A stretch of 64,000 nucleotides of DNA from Nannocystales bacterium (GTDB taxonomy: Bacteria; Myxococcota_A; Polyangia; Nannocystales; Nannocystaceae): positions 96,001 to 160,000 of the forward strand of contig JBOEGF010000014.1 of NCBI GenBank assembly GCA_050633305.1, given 5' to 3'. The position numbers and the translations under genes are program-made. Shown piece by piece: positions 29,376-39,125 of this stretch. Position 1 is the stretch's first letter, and each line of letters begins with the position of its first letter. The notes beneath the pieces are model-generated. The model did not search any database and had not been told where the DNA came from. It worked only from the letters and a program-made list of their open reading frames with translations.

Positions 29376-30707
29376 CTATCTCGGGTCGACCACCCGGCCG
29401 ATGAACAGGATCGCGCCCGTATTCGTGTCGCGAATGAAGAAGAGGAACGGCCGGTCGAACGCCACGGGAACCGGCTCTGCGGGCATGCTCCCTGCTCGCA
29501 TCATGACGACTGCTGTCGCCGCGGCCGCCTCGGTGCCGTTCTCGTCAACCTCGATGAAGCCCTTGTGAAAGACCTCGTCGATCTTGAGGCGTTCGTCCTC
29601 GGGTGCCGCCATGCCGTCGAACTGTGCGAGGTCCGTAAACGCCCTCTTCAGCCCCAGCGCCTTGAGCGGTTCGCTGAGCGTGATTGATTTTTCAGGTTCG
29701 ACGCGAAACCTGGGCATAGAAAGCGCGACGCGCTGGTACCTCATTGCTGCCGACCACTGCGCGAGGGAGTCCGGCGCGAGGGATGCCTCGAGTTCGCCGA
29801 GTCCGTCTGGCTTGTGGGGCATCGCGAGCGTCATCGAGAACGAGCTGCTCGCGTACGAAAGCTCGAGCACGGTGGCGTTGTCCACCACGGTGTACTTGTA
29901 GTTCTCTGTGTTCCGCATCGTGGGGACCTGGACCTCCTCCGTTCCGCTGGCGACGAAGGTCGCGTCGTGGGTGGACGCCTTGTTGAACGCTTCCTGCCAC
30001 TGGGCCTTGAAGTAGATCGCGTTGGCGAGAACGAGCAGGGTTTGCCCCGTAATTGCGCCCGAGGGAATGAGGTCCTGGATCCGATCCCGCGTCTTGGCTT
30101 CCACCCAGTTGTTGATCGTTGTGCGGGCTGCCTCGGAGGCGCCAAAGTCGAGCCGCTCCATGGGTGCTCGGTAGTCGCGAGCGCTCTGCGTGATGAAGGA
30201 GTCCTTGAACGGAGTCTCGCGCGCTCCGAAGAGCCGGTTCGCCAGCGCAATCTCGGGCGCCGCGGGGCGCCCCTCCTCGGCGGGGACCTTCGTCATCCAC
30301 CGCTGTGCGAGCTCGCCGGCTGCCGCATGCCATCGGGTCGCGTCAGTATCCTGGACATGCAGCACGCTCTCGAACTCGTCCGCAGTGGACTCGGTGGCGC
30401 CTTGGTACGTCATGCCCAACGCGAGGACCACGCTCGCGGGTGACATGACGAGGTTTCCATCGGCGCCCGACACTTGCTTGTACAGGTCGACTGAGAACGT
30501 GTTGATGCTTTGGCTGACAGCGGCGATGTCTTCGTCGGACACGGGGAGAGGTTCCGGGATGGGTGTCGGCGTAGCGTTCGCAGACGGGGGCTGGCCTTCG
30601 GAGGGCCCGGCCGTGGCGTTCGACTGTTGCTCCGAGTCGGAGGGCGCGGTGCCCTGGGTCGCGGAACAACCAAGCAGCACAGCGAGAGGAAGAGCGCGAC
30701 GCACCAT
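29376..30707 (-). CDS. Serpin (serine protease inhibitor) lipoprotein
   Basis: Lipobox LLGC. Motifs NLVMSPAS, INNWVEAKT, LANAIYFKAQW, hinge EVDENGTEAAAAT and FDRPFLFFIRD..ILFIGRV.DP. Confidence 0.93.
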   Translation of the reverse strand: MVRRALPLAVLLGCSATQGTAPSDSEQQSNATAGPSEGQPPSANATPTPIPEPLPVSDEDIAAVSQSINTFSVDLYKQVSGADGNLVMSPASVVLALGMTYQGATESTADEFESVLHVQDTDATRWHAAAGELAQRWMTKVPAEEGRPAAPEIALANRLFGARETPFKDSFITQSARDYRAPMERLDFGASEAARTTINNWVEAKTRDRIQDLIPSGAITGQTLLVLANAIYFKAQWQEAFNKASTHDATFVASGTEEVQVPTMRNTENYKYTVVDNATVLELSYASSSFSMTLAMPHKPDGLGELEASLAPDSLAQWSAAMRYQRVALSMPRFRVEPEKSITLSEPLKALGLKRAFTDLAQFDGMAAPEDERLKIDEVFHKGFIEVDENGTEAAAATAVVMMRAGSMPAEPVPVAFDRPFLFFIRDTNTGAILFIGRVVDPR

Positions 30708-30837
30708 AGTGGGACACATCAACGCACCTTCTCGGTTGCCGGTCTACTCGACACCGACAAGCGCAGCGACCCCGTTGCCGTTTCCCAACCCTGCGCGATT
30801 TTCACGAAGACCCGGTCCGGAGTGGTAGCGTGATCCC

Positions 30838-32511
30838 ATGTCGGCAACCGGCCGTGAGCCGAAGAAGTGGGAGCGCCCCGGCGCGCGAGTTCCGGCGTTC
30901 GTGGACCGATGGGGTCGCGTTCCGTTCTTCGTCGTATTGGCGATCATGGTGGCTGCGGCCGTGGGGATGTTTGCGGTGGCTTGGCCCGTGGGTGTGCTGC
31001 TGGCGGCCGTGGCGGTCGCTTTCGGGGCGATGGGCTTTGCCGACATCACGCAGAAGAGCCACACCATCCTGCGCAACTTCCCTGTTCTGGGTCGACTCCG
31101 CTACTTCTTCGAGTCGGTGCGGCCAGAGCTCCGGCAGTACTTCGTCGAGTCGGACCAGGAAGAGAACCCGTACAGCCGGGAGAAGCGGTCGATCATCTAC
31201 CAACGCGCGAAGAACGTATTGGCGACCACGCCGTTTGGAACACGGGCCGACGTGTACGGCACCGGCTACACCTGGATCGCGCACTCGATGGTGCCGAAGC
31301 ACCCCAAGCCTTCCGCCGGCCGGATCCTCGTGGGGGAGAAGCGGTGCAAGCAGCCCTACGATTCCTCGATCTTCAACATCTCGGCGATGAGCTACGGCTC
31401 ACTGTCGAGCAATGCCGTACTCGCGCTCAACACCGGAGCCAAGCTGGGAGGCTTCGCCCACAACACGGGAGAGGGCGGCGTCTCGCCGTATCACCTCGAG
31501 CCCGGCGGCGACCTCGTGTGGCAAGTTGGAACCGGGTACTTCGGATGCCGCGGGGCGGATGGAAACTTCAGCGAGGAGAAGTTCATCGAGATGGCGAAGC
31601 ACGCTGAGATCAAGATGATCGAGCTGAAGCTCTCGCAAGGTGCGAAGCCCGGGCATGGCGGCATCCTGCCCGCCAAGAAGGTCACGCCCGAGATCTCCAA
31701 GATTCGCGGCGTTCCCATGGGGAAGGATGTGAACTCTCCTCCCGCCCACACCGCGTTCTCCACCCCACGTGGCCTCATCGAGTTTGTGACCAAGCTCCGC
31801 GAGCTCAGCGGCGGAAAGCCGATCGGCATCAAGCTGTGCATCGGTCACCCCAGCGAGTTCCTCGCGATCGTCAAGGCGATGGTCGAGACCGGCGAAGGTC
31901 CTGACTTCATCGCCATCGACGGGGGCGAGGGGGGAACCGGTGCCGCTCCTTTGGAGTTCTCCAACTCCGTCGGAGCACCCCTGCGAGACGGTCTCCTCTT
32001 TGCTCACGATGCGCTCCGCGGAGCTGGCCTCCGCGAGGACATCAAGCTGTTTAGCGCTGGAAAAATCGCGACCGGGTTCCATGTCCTGATGCAGCTCGCG
32101 CTGGGTGCCGATGCCTGCAACTCCGCCCGCGGCATGATGTTCGCGTTGGGGTGCATCCAGGCGCTCAAGTGCAACTCCAACAAGTGCCCCGCGGGCGTCG
32201 CCACGCAGGAACCACGGCTGGTCGAGGGGCTCCACGTCGAGGACAAGTCGCTTCGTGTCGCCAGCTTTCACGACAAGACCGTCGAGTCCGTACTCGAGTT
32301 GTGCGGAGCGGCTGGACTCGAGTCGCCCGTCGACCTGCGCCGCCAACACCTCACGCACCGCATTTCTCCCACCGAGGTCCGGACGTTCCAGGAGACCTTC
32401 CCGCTTCTGGCCGAGCGCGCGCTGCTGGATGGGACCGCCCCCGAGGGTCTGCAAAAGATGTGGAACGCCGCCTCGGCGGACAACTTCTGTCCGCCTGCGA
32501 CCGGCTGCTGA
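30838..32511 (+). CDS. FMN-binding glutamate synthase family protein (stand-alone, membrane-anchored)
   Basis: ISAMSYGSLS, NTGEGG, ELKLSQGAKPGHGG, DGGEGGTGAAP and GCIQALKCNSNKCPAGVATQ. Confidence 0.92.
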   Translation: MSATGREPKKWERPGARVPAFVDRWGRVPFFVVLAIMVAAAVGMFAVAWPVGVLLAAVAVAFGAMGFADITQKSHTILRNFPVLGRLRYFFESVRPELRQYFVESDQEENPYSREKRSIIYQRAKNVLATTPFGTRADVYGTGYTWIAHSMVPKHPKPSAGRILVGEKRCKQPYDSSIFNISAMSYGSLSSNAVLALNTGAKLGGFAHNTGEGGVSPYHLEPGGDLVWQVGTGYFGCRGADGNFSEEKFIEMAKHAEIKMIELKLSQGAKPGHGGILPAKKVTPEISKIRGVPMGKDVNSPPAHTAFSTPRGLIEFVTKLRELSGGKPIGIKLCIGHPSEFLAIVKAMVETGEGPDFIAIDGGEGGTGAAPLEFSNSVGAPLRDGLLFAHDALRGAGLREDIKLFSAGKIATGFHVLMQLALGADACNSARGMMFALGCIQALKCNSNKCPAGVATQEPRLVEGLHVEDKSLRVASFHDKTVESVLELCGAAGLESPVDLRRQHLTHRISPTEVRTFQETFPLLAERALLDGTAPEGLQKMWNAASADNFCPPATGC

Positions 32512-32529
32512 CAGCCGTGTGGCGCAGCC

Positions 32530-32925
32530 TCAGCTGCCGACGCGGGTGCAGAGCTCGACCAAGAAGCCGTTGAGGTCACGGACGTACGCGATCGTCTGGC
32601 CCCACGGTTTGGCGACCGGGGCCACCTCGGGATGGGCTCCGTGGTCAACGGCTCGGTCGAACGCGGCCTGGACGTCCTCGGTCACGAACGCGACCTCCAC
32701 GGCGGCCGCCTTTTCATCGGCGCGGTTCGGGCGGAAGGTGTGGCACGTCGTGACGTCGGCTTCGGACGCGAAGGCGAGCGCGGTGGAGCCCGTCTCCATC
32801 TCCGCGTATTGGCCGCTGTCGTGGATCATTCGCTGGGTGAGGCCGAAGGCCCCTTCGTAGAAGGAGACCGCCTTGGTGACGTCCGGGACGTAGATGATGA
32901 CGTAGCTCAGTTGCATGGCTTGCAC
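32530..32925 (-). CDS. VOC/glyoxalase family protein
   Basis: YVPDV..AVSFYEGAFG and KPWGQTIAYVRDLNGFLVELC. Confidence 0.88.
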   Translation of the reverse strand: MQAMQLSYVIIYVPDVTKAVSFYEGAFGLTQRMIHDSGQYAEMETGSTALAFASEADVTTCHTFRPNRADEKAAAVEVAFVTEDVQAAFDRAVDHGAHPEVAPVAKPWGQTIAYVRDLNGFLVELCTRVGS

Positions 32926-32934
32926 CTCCGCAAC

Positions 32935-33702
32935 CTAGTGCGGCGATGACGGGACCGTCTTGGAAGAATGGAACCTGGCGTAGGCGCTGGCGGTGCTTCC
33001 GGAGAGCGCGCGGAACTCGTTGGCCATGTGGGCTTGGTCGCAGTAGCCGTTTTCGAGGGCTAGAGCGGCCGACGGAGGGACACCGATGGCGAGTTCTCCG
33101 GCCACCCGGCGGAACCGCGCGATGCGGCTGAGCTGCTTGGGGCCGAGTCCTGTCGCAGCGACGACGCGCTTGCGGAACTGCTGCCTCGAGACGCCTAGAG
33201 ACTCAGCAACCTCGACCACCGAGCGCTGCGGATGCGTGACGCAAGCGGCCGCCGATTCGAGACACGCGCGGTCTCGCGGCCTCACGGACGCGATTCTCCG
33301 CGTGAGGTGATCTTCGAGGGCAGACGCCGCGGCCTGGACATCGGAATCTCGCTGACAGGCCTCCAAGACCCATCGTTGCGGAGCATCCGGTCTCCAGCTG
33401 GTGGTGTTGTCCACAACCTCTCGGACATCGAGGTTGAGAAGTGCGCTTGCCCCACCCGCGCGGAAGCGAACCGCGAGGAGCTCGTACGGCCCCTCACAGT
33501 GGACGACGCGAGGCCGCCGCATGGTGCCGACGACTCGGGCGGCGTGCTGGGGCGGGTGTCGTTCGAACAGAAGATCGACGCACCCGTCCGGGAGTACAGC
33601 GGTGCGCCCACCGCCTTCGCCGCGCGTCCACCACAGGCACTCGACGAACTCGGCGAGCGGACCCGTGGGTCGGTGCTCTCTGTAGGCAGATCCGGCTATC
33701 AC
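32935..33702 (-). CDS. AraC-family transcriptional regulator (DUF6597-type N-terminus)
   Basis: VLPDGCVDLL, GLGPKQLSRIARF and GYCDQAHMANEFRALSG. Lies directly upstream of the VOC gene. Confidence 0.85.
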   Translation of the reverse strand: MIAGSAYREHRPTGPLAEFVECLWWTRGEGGGRTAVLPDGCVDLLFERHPPQHAARVVGTMRRPRVVHCEGPYELLAVRFRAGGASALLNLDVREVVDNTTSWRPDAPQRWVLEACQRDSDVQAAASALEDHLTRRIASVRPRDRACLESAAACVTHPQRSVVEVAESLGVSRQQFRKRVVAATGLGPKQLSRIARFRRVAGELAIGVPPSAALALENGYCDQAHMANEFRALSGSTASAYARFHSSKTVPSSPH

Positions 33703-33749
33703 CGTACGGACAATCGTACGGTGTTTCGGCGGGATCCGTTACGCCAGCC

Positions 33750-34589
33750 TCAGACCTTCGACTTTCCTTTGGCGATGACCTTCGCGTAGACGTCCTTTTT
33801 TGCCGTTCCTTTGGCGACGAGGGCCTCGGCTTCCTTCAGCTCGACGTCGATCAGCGCCTTGAACGCTTCAAACGGCTGCGCCCCCGAGAGGTGCCGGCCG
33901 TTGACGAAGAACGACGGGGTGCCACGAGCGCCAAGCGTTGCCCCTTGAGACTGCTGCTTGCGCACCTTGGTCTCGAGAGCCTTGTCTTTCATGTCTGTCT
34001 TGAACTTGGCGACATCGAGTCCGAGCTCGCTGGCCCACTTCTCGAAGTTCTCGTCGGTCAGTGCCTTGCCGTTGGCGAAGAGCTTGTCGTGCATCTCCCA
34101 GAACTTGTTCTGGCGTCCGGCGGCTTCAGCTGCGAGTGCGGCTGCCATGGCGCGGTTGTGCATGGGCAGTGGGTTGTGCTTGAACGCAACGCGGACCTTG
34201 TCGCCGTAGGCCTCGTGGATCTTGGCCATGGTCGGGTTCACGCGGTTGCAGAAGGGGCACTGGAAGTCAGACCACTCGACGATGGTGACGAGTGCTTCGT
34301 CGGACCCTTTCACCGCGGCGTCACCGACGTCGACTTTGTAGGTGAGCTTGGGATCGGGGCGGCCGGGGCGCGGTCCGGCCGGTTTGGCCTTACCCGGCGC
34401 GCCCGCCGGTAGAGCGTCGAGCTTCTGTTCGAGGCCGTCGATTTTCGCAAGAATGTTGTCTTGTTTTTGGTCGATGCCGGCGAGTGTATCTTGGAGCTGA
34501 GCGAACCCCGACTGTCCCTGACAGCCAGGAAGGCCCATTCCGAGAACCGAGATCAAGGAAATCGTGAGCAATGAGCTTCGAGCGTTCAT
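33750..34589 (-). CDS. DsbA-family thioredoxin-fold lipoprotein
   Basis: Lipobox LPGC. Motifs VEWSDFQCPFC, HNPLPMH, FWEMHDKLF and GTPSFFVNG. Confidence 0.88.
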   Translation of the reverse strand: MNARSSLLTISLISVLGMGLPGCQGQSGFAQLQDTLAGIDQKQDNILAKIDGLEQKLDALPAGAPGKAKPAGPRPGRPDPKLTYKVDVGDAAVKGSDEALVTIVEWSDFQCPFCNRVNPTMAKIHEAYGDKVRVAFKHNPLPMHNRAMAAALAAEAAGRQNKFWEMHDKLFANGKALTDENFEKWASELGLDVAKFKTDMKDKALETKVRKQQSQGATLGARGTPSFFVNGRHLSGAQPFEAFKALIDVELKEAEALVAKGTAKKDVYAKVIAKGKSKV

Positions 34590-34644
34590 GGACATGACGG
34601 CGAACGCGGTCCGCTCGCGCGACATATCGCTCGACACTGTTCAT

Positions 34645-35796
34645 TCATTCCGCCGATTTATTCGGGGGGGATGTATCGACGTCGTCGCTGTGCCCCGCGA
34701 TGACTCGGGCGCCGACGAGTCCGAGGGCTGAAATGCCCGCCATGACGAAGAAGGCTGACCCGCCGAGGTGGTCGTACAGAGGTCCGGCACCCAGCATCAT
34801 GAGACCGCTGCCAACGCCGGTCGAGGCGGCATACAGAGAGGTGACGGTCGCGGTTGCACGCTCGTCGACCCGCTCTTGCACGTACGCGATCGCGCCCAGG
34901 TGCAGCGCGCCGAACGTCAACCCGTGCAGGATTTGGATCGCGAACAACGAGGACGGGTCGGTCGTCATGGCCAGGAGCGGCCAGCGGGCAAGTCCACCGA
35001 TTGCTGCGAGGGTCAGCAGCCCGGTTGAGCCGAGGGTCCGCTGGACGCGGCCGCTCATCGCGAACAGGACGATCTCCGCCACGACGCCCACCGACCACAG
35101 CTGCCCGATGGTGGTGTCGGGCACGTCATGAGCGCGCCAGTGGGCCGTGCCGAACGCGTACAGCATCGCGTGGGCGGCGTGCAGGAGTCCCGTGGTGAGG
35201 AGGAAGCGGACGTGGCTTCGCTTGGGCGCACCGAGTTGCGCCGGCTTGGACGGTTTGGGCCCCCGCCGCGGCATCAAAACGACTGCGGCCACGACCACGA
35301 CCCCGGCGATGCGCAGGGAGTCCAAGACATCCTGCTCGTCCCCGCGCGCGAGGAGCCAACCCCCCGCATTGGATGCCACGATGAACGCCGCCGAACCGAA
35401 CAACCGTAGGTGGCCGTAGTTGACCGTCCCGGTGCTTCCCAGACGGAGCGCGACCGAATCCACCAGCGGAATCAGCGGGCTGTACGAGACGCCGAGCAGT
35501 GCACCGACAGCGACCACCTCCCAAACGCTGGAGGTCACGCCGAACAGCCCGTAGCTCGATGCGGCCAGAACCGCGAGGACGATCGCGGGTGCCTTGACCG
35601 ACCCGAGTCGATCACTGAGGCGACCGATCAGCGGGTTGGCCGGAACCCGCATCCAGGTGATCGTGCCGAGCACGATACCGATGGCACCCGCCGAGTAGCC
35701 GCGACTCTGCAGCCAGACCGGGAAGTAGGGCATGTGCATGCCCAACGCGAAGAAAATCGCGGCGAACGCCAGTGCGATGCGGACCTTCGCGAACAC
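34645..35796 (-). CDS. MFS transporter (HcaT/MFS_1-like family)
   Basis: About 12 TM segments. PYFPVWL..G, YGHLRLFGS, GVVAEI and QILHGLTFG. Confidence 0.85.
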   Translation of the reverse strand: MFAKVRIALAFAAIFFALGMHMPYFPVWLQSRGYSAGAIGIVLGTITWMRVPANPLIGRLSDRLGSVKAPAIVLAVLAASSYGLFGVTSSVWEVVAVGALLGVSYSPLIPLVDSVALRLGSTGTVNYGHLRLFGSAAFIVASNAGGWLLARGDEQDVLDSLRIAGVVVVAAVVLMPRRGPKPSKPAQLGAPKRSHVRFLLTTGLLHAAHAMLYAFGTAHWRAHDVPDTTIGQLWSVGVVAEIVLFAMSGRVQRTLGSTGLLTLAAIGGLARWPLLAMTTDPSSLFAIQILHGLTFGALHLGAIAYVQERVDERATATVTSLYAASTGVGSGLMMLGAGPLYDHLGGSAFFVMAGISALGLVGARVIAGHSDDVDTSPPNKSAE

Positions 35797-35920
35797 GACC
35801 GGCCCCGTATACACGACCTGGCTTGACCGGCCACGGAGCTGACGCATGACCTTAGATAGCTAGAATCATGCTGCTTTCCCGAAATTTATATTATTTCGAA
35901 CATTCGTTATACAAAACGCC

Positions 35921-36478
35921 GTGCCGAAGATCGTGGACCATGAGGCGATGCGCGATCAGCTCGCCGAGCGGTGTGTCGAGGCGTTCGCCGACCAAGGCTA
36001 CGGGCGAAGCTCGATGCGGAGCCTCGCGGAGGCCTCGGGCGTGTCGACGGGCACCCTGTATCACTACTTCGTCAACAAGTCGGCGCTGTTTCAGCACGTG
36101 GTCGAACGCGTTGCGCGGCTCGACATCGGTGAGGCCTCGCAGCTTCTCGTTGCGGCCTATGACGACCCGGCGGAGCGGGTGCGCCCGCTGATGCAGTTCG
36201 TATCGGCGGCGATTCCTCGCCTGGCCTCCCACTTCCGGGTGCTCAACGAGTACTCGATCCACCCCGACAACCCTGGAGAGGTGTGGACGGCGTTGATGCA
36301 GGAGAGCCGCGATCGGTATCTCGAGGCGCTCCGTGTCGCGCTCGAGGTCGAGGACGAGGCGCGACTGGACATGGTCCTGCTGACGATCTGCGGAATGGTG
36401 CTGCGCGCGATGTGTGCGGACCCGACCAGCACCGATGTGGATGCGGTTGTTCTTCAACTCGAGAGGCTTCTTTCATGA
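35921..36478 (+). CDS. TetR/AcrR family transcriptional regulator
   Basis: MPKIVDH..FADQGY..SMRSLAEASGVSTGTLYHYFVNK. Confidence 0.92.
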   Translation: MPKIVDHEAMRDQLAERCVEAFADQGYGRSSMRSLAEASGVSTGTLYHYFVNKSALFQHVVERVARLDIGEASQLLVAAYDDPAERVRPLMQFVSAAIPRLASHFRVLNEYSIHPDNPGEVWTALMQESRDRYLEALRVALEVEDEARLDMVLLTICGMVLRAMCADPTSTDVDAVVLQLERLLS

Positions 36479-37170
36479 ACCGAGCTTTCATTGTGTTGTG
36501 TGTTGTTCTCGCGGGGTGTGGTGAGGGGCACCCTCGTTCCGCTTCGGAGGCTTCGGAGACGACGGGAATGGGGAGCACCTCGTCGGTCTCGACAGACGAA
36601 CAAGGCTCCAGTGGCTCCGCCAGCGTTCGGGCCGACTTGGGCCTCGAGCCGCCGGAAGCCTGCGAGGCATCCTGCGCCGCGGTATCGGCGTGCCAGGGCC
36701 TCGCTGTGTCCGACTGCCTTCTACAGTGCTCGGCCGAGCTGATCGATGCGGAAGCCGTCTCCGCAGCCTGCGGTGTGGCGCACGAAGCTCTCGAGGCTTG
36801 TGTCGCCGCGCTTTCCTGTGACGAACTCGCGGCGCACGATGCAGGGGAGGACGGTCCGTGCCGTGGCAGCGCGCAGCAGGCTGCGCTCGATTGCGATGTC
36901 TCTGGCGAGGCGGAAGCAGCCGTGTGTGCCGACCTCTGCACCGCTTTGACGGGCTGCGGGTTGGCTGAAGAAACGCCGTGCTTGGCGAACTGCATCGAGT
37001 TGCGTGAAGCCGCCGGTACGTCCGGGCGGTCGTGCGCCGCGGCACAAGACGAACACCTGACCTGTGTCGGCGGGCTTGACTGCGCCGCCCTCGAACAATG
37101 GGTGTCGACGAACTCGACACCAGCTTGCACTGACGCGCTCGACGAAGCTTGCGCTGGAGACCAAGAATGA
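36475..37170 (+). CDS. Cys-rich lipoprotein with two internal repeats
   Basis: ATGA overlap with tetR and lipobox LAGC. The unit C..C..(V/L)..C..CL..C..C..CV..L.C..L occurs twice. Confidence 0.75.
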   Translation: MNRAFIVLCVVLAGCGEGHPRSASEASETTGMGSTSSVSTDEQGSSGSASVRADLGLEPPEACEASCAAVSACQGLAVSDCLLQCSAELIDAEAVSAACGVAHEALEACVAALSCDELAAHDAGEDGPCRGSAQQAALDCDVSGEAEAAVCADLCTALTGCGLAEETPCLANCIELREAAGTSGRSCAAAQDEHLTCVGGLDCAALEQWVSTNSTPACTDALDEACAGDQE

Positions 37171-39107
37171 CCCGCCGATCTCTGCCCCTGTTCCTGTGTT
37201 TCATCTCCGTCCTCGGGTGTGAGGAGCCCACCGCACCCGCCGAAGGGGGCGCGACCAGTTGCGCAGGGGCGAAGTGCGACACGACCGAGCTCGAAGGGGA
37301 TTTCGAGTTCATCGTGGTGGGGTCGGGTGCCGGCGGTGGGCCGCTGGCGGCCAACCTCGCGCGGGCGGGCCATTCAGTCCTCCTGCTCGAGGCGGGAACT
37401 GACGCGGGGGCGAACATCAACTATCAGGTGCCCGCGTTCCACGGCCTGTCCACCGAGGACCCACAGATGCGGTGGGACTACTACGTCCAGCACTACGACG
37501 ACGCACAGCGCGGAGAGCGAGACACGAAATGGGTGGACGAGCCAATCACCCGAGCCGAGCCCGGCATCTTCTATCCCCGCGCGGGCACGCTGGGCGGGTG
37601 CACGGCACACAACGCACTCATCGCCATCAAGCCCCACGCGAGCGACTGGAACCGCATCGCCGAACTCACCGGTGACCCCCAGTGGCGTGCGGAGAACATG
37701 GACCCCTACTTCGAAGATGTGACCACGTGGCTTCCCATCGACACGGCTGACCCCTCGGTCGCGTTGTTCGACATCAAGCTGCAGAAGGTGATCGCGGGGG
37801 GGGTCAAGGCGTTCTCGCTCAGCCAGGGGGAGGGCCTTCTGTCCGGGATTACGGGCAGTGTCTCCGAGCTGTACGGGCTGTTGACCCGCGACCTCAACGC
37901 GATCGGCCCCGAAGAAGAGGGCGTCTATCCGTTTCCGCTGACAATGCAGGACGGTCGGCGTCACAGCGTCCGGGAGTATCTGGTGGAGACCGTGGACCAG
38001 GGCTACCCGCTCACCATCCAAACCGGGTCCCTGGTCACCAAAGTGGTCTTCGATGAACCCGCCGCGGGTGAAGAACCGAGGGCGCGAGGTGTGGAGTTCA
38101 TTCCGGCCGAGCACGCCTATCGGGCTGACCCGGCGGCCTCCCACGAGGACGCCCGGCCCGACACCATCGAGATCCTCGCGAAGCGCGAGGTCATCCTGTC
38201 CGCGGGCGCCTTCAACACACCACAGTTGCTCAAGCTGTCCGGCGTTGGCCCAGCTGAGGAGTTGCGGGCCAACGACATCGAGGTCGTCGCAGATCTTCCC
38301 GGTGTGGGAGAGAACCTGCAGGACCGCTACGAAGTCGGAATCGTCGGACAGGCCCGGGGGGACTTCCGGGTGCTCGCCGACTGCGAACCAGGACAGGCCG
38401 ACGACGAGTGTCTGGACGAGTGGGCGGATGGTGAGGGTCCGTATCGCAGCAACGGTGGTGTCGCGACGATGATCAAACGGTCGGGCCGTACCTTGGCCGA
38501 CCCAGACTTGTTCATCTTCGGTGTGCCCGGAAAATTCGAGGGATATGCACCGGGCTACTCCGACGAAGCACTCGCCGACAAGAGCCTGTTCACGTGGCTC
38601 ATCCTCAAGGGCCATACTCGCAACCGAGCGGGTTACGTCCGACTTCGGTCCTCGGATCCGCGCGACACTCCGGAGATCAACTTCCGCTACTTCGACGAGG
38701 GGAGCGTCGACGAGGGACAGGATGAGCACGACGCGAACGCGATGGTGCAGGGCGTTGCGCTGGTCCGAGAGTTCGAGAAGAGAGCTCGACGACTCATGGG
38801 CGCTCCGTTGTTCGGCAACTTCACCGAGGTTTGGCCCGGAGACAACGCGCAAACCCCCGAGGAAATCGACACGTTCGTGCGTGACGAAGCATGGGGACAT
38901 CACGCCTCGTGTTCGGCCAAAATCGGGGGCGACGATGACCCGATGGCGGTGCTCGACAGCCGCTTCAACGTACGGGGCGTGGACGGCCTGCGCGTCGTGG
39001 ATGCCTCCGTGTTCCCGGAGATCCCCGGTTTCTTCATCCTCATGCCGATCCTGATGGTCAGCGAACGCGCGTCGGATGTGATCGTGGAAGACTGGTCAGG
39101 ACAGTAG
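37167..39107 (+). CDS. GMC family oxidoreductase, lipoprotein
   Basis: ATGA overlap and lipobox VLGC. Motifs GSGAGG, RAGTLGGCTAHN, AGAFNTPQLLKLSGVG, HHASCS and LRVVDASVFP. Confidence 0.9.
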   Translation: MTRRSLPLFLCFISVLGCEEPTAPAEGGATSCAGAKCDTTELEGDFEFIVVGSGAGGGPLAANLARAGHSVLLLEAGTDAGANINYQVPAFHGLSTEDPQMRWDYYVQHYDDAQRGERDTKWVDEPITRAEPGIFYPRAGTLGGCTAHNALIAIKPHASDWNRIAELTGDPQWRAENMDPYFEDVTTWLPIDTADPSVALFDIKLQKVIAGGVKAFSLSQGEGLLSGITGSVSELYGLLTRDLNAIGPEEEGVYPFPLTMQDGRRHSVREYLVETVDQGYPLTIQTGSLVTKVVFDEPAAGEEPRARGVEFIPAEHAYRADPAASHEDARPDTIEILAKREVILSAGAFNTPQLLKLSGVGPAEELRANDIEVVADLPGVGENLQDRYEVGIVGQARGDFRVLADCEPGQADDECLDEWADGEGPYRSNGGVATMIKRSGRTLADPDLFIFGVPGKFEGYAPGYSDEALADKSLFTWLILKGHTRNRAGYVRLRSSDPRDTPEINFRYFDEGSVDEGQDEHDANAMVQGVALVREFEKRARRLMGAPLFGNFTEVWPGDNAQTPEEIDTFVRDEAWGHHASCSAKIGGDDDPMAVLDSRFNVRGVDGLRVVDASVFPEIPGFFILMPILMVSERASDVIVEDWSGQ

Positions 39108-39125
39108 TCGGGTATCTTCCCGCGG

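Noticed and set aside
30838..32511. Considered calling this gltB
   Set aside because: It has only the FMN-binding domain plus an N-terminal TM, with no amidotransferase domain and no gltD. It belongs to the stand-alone family.
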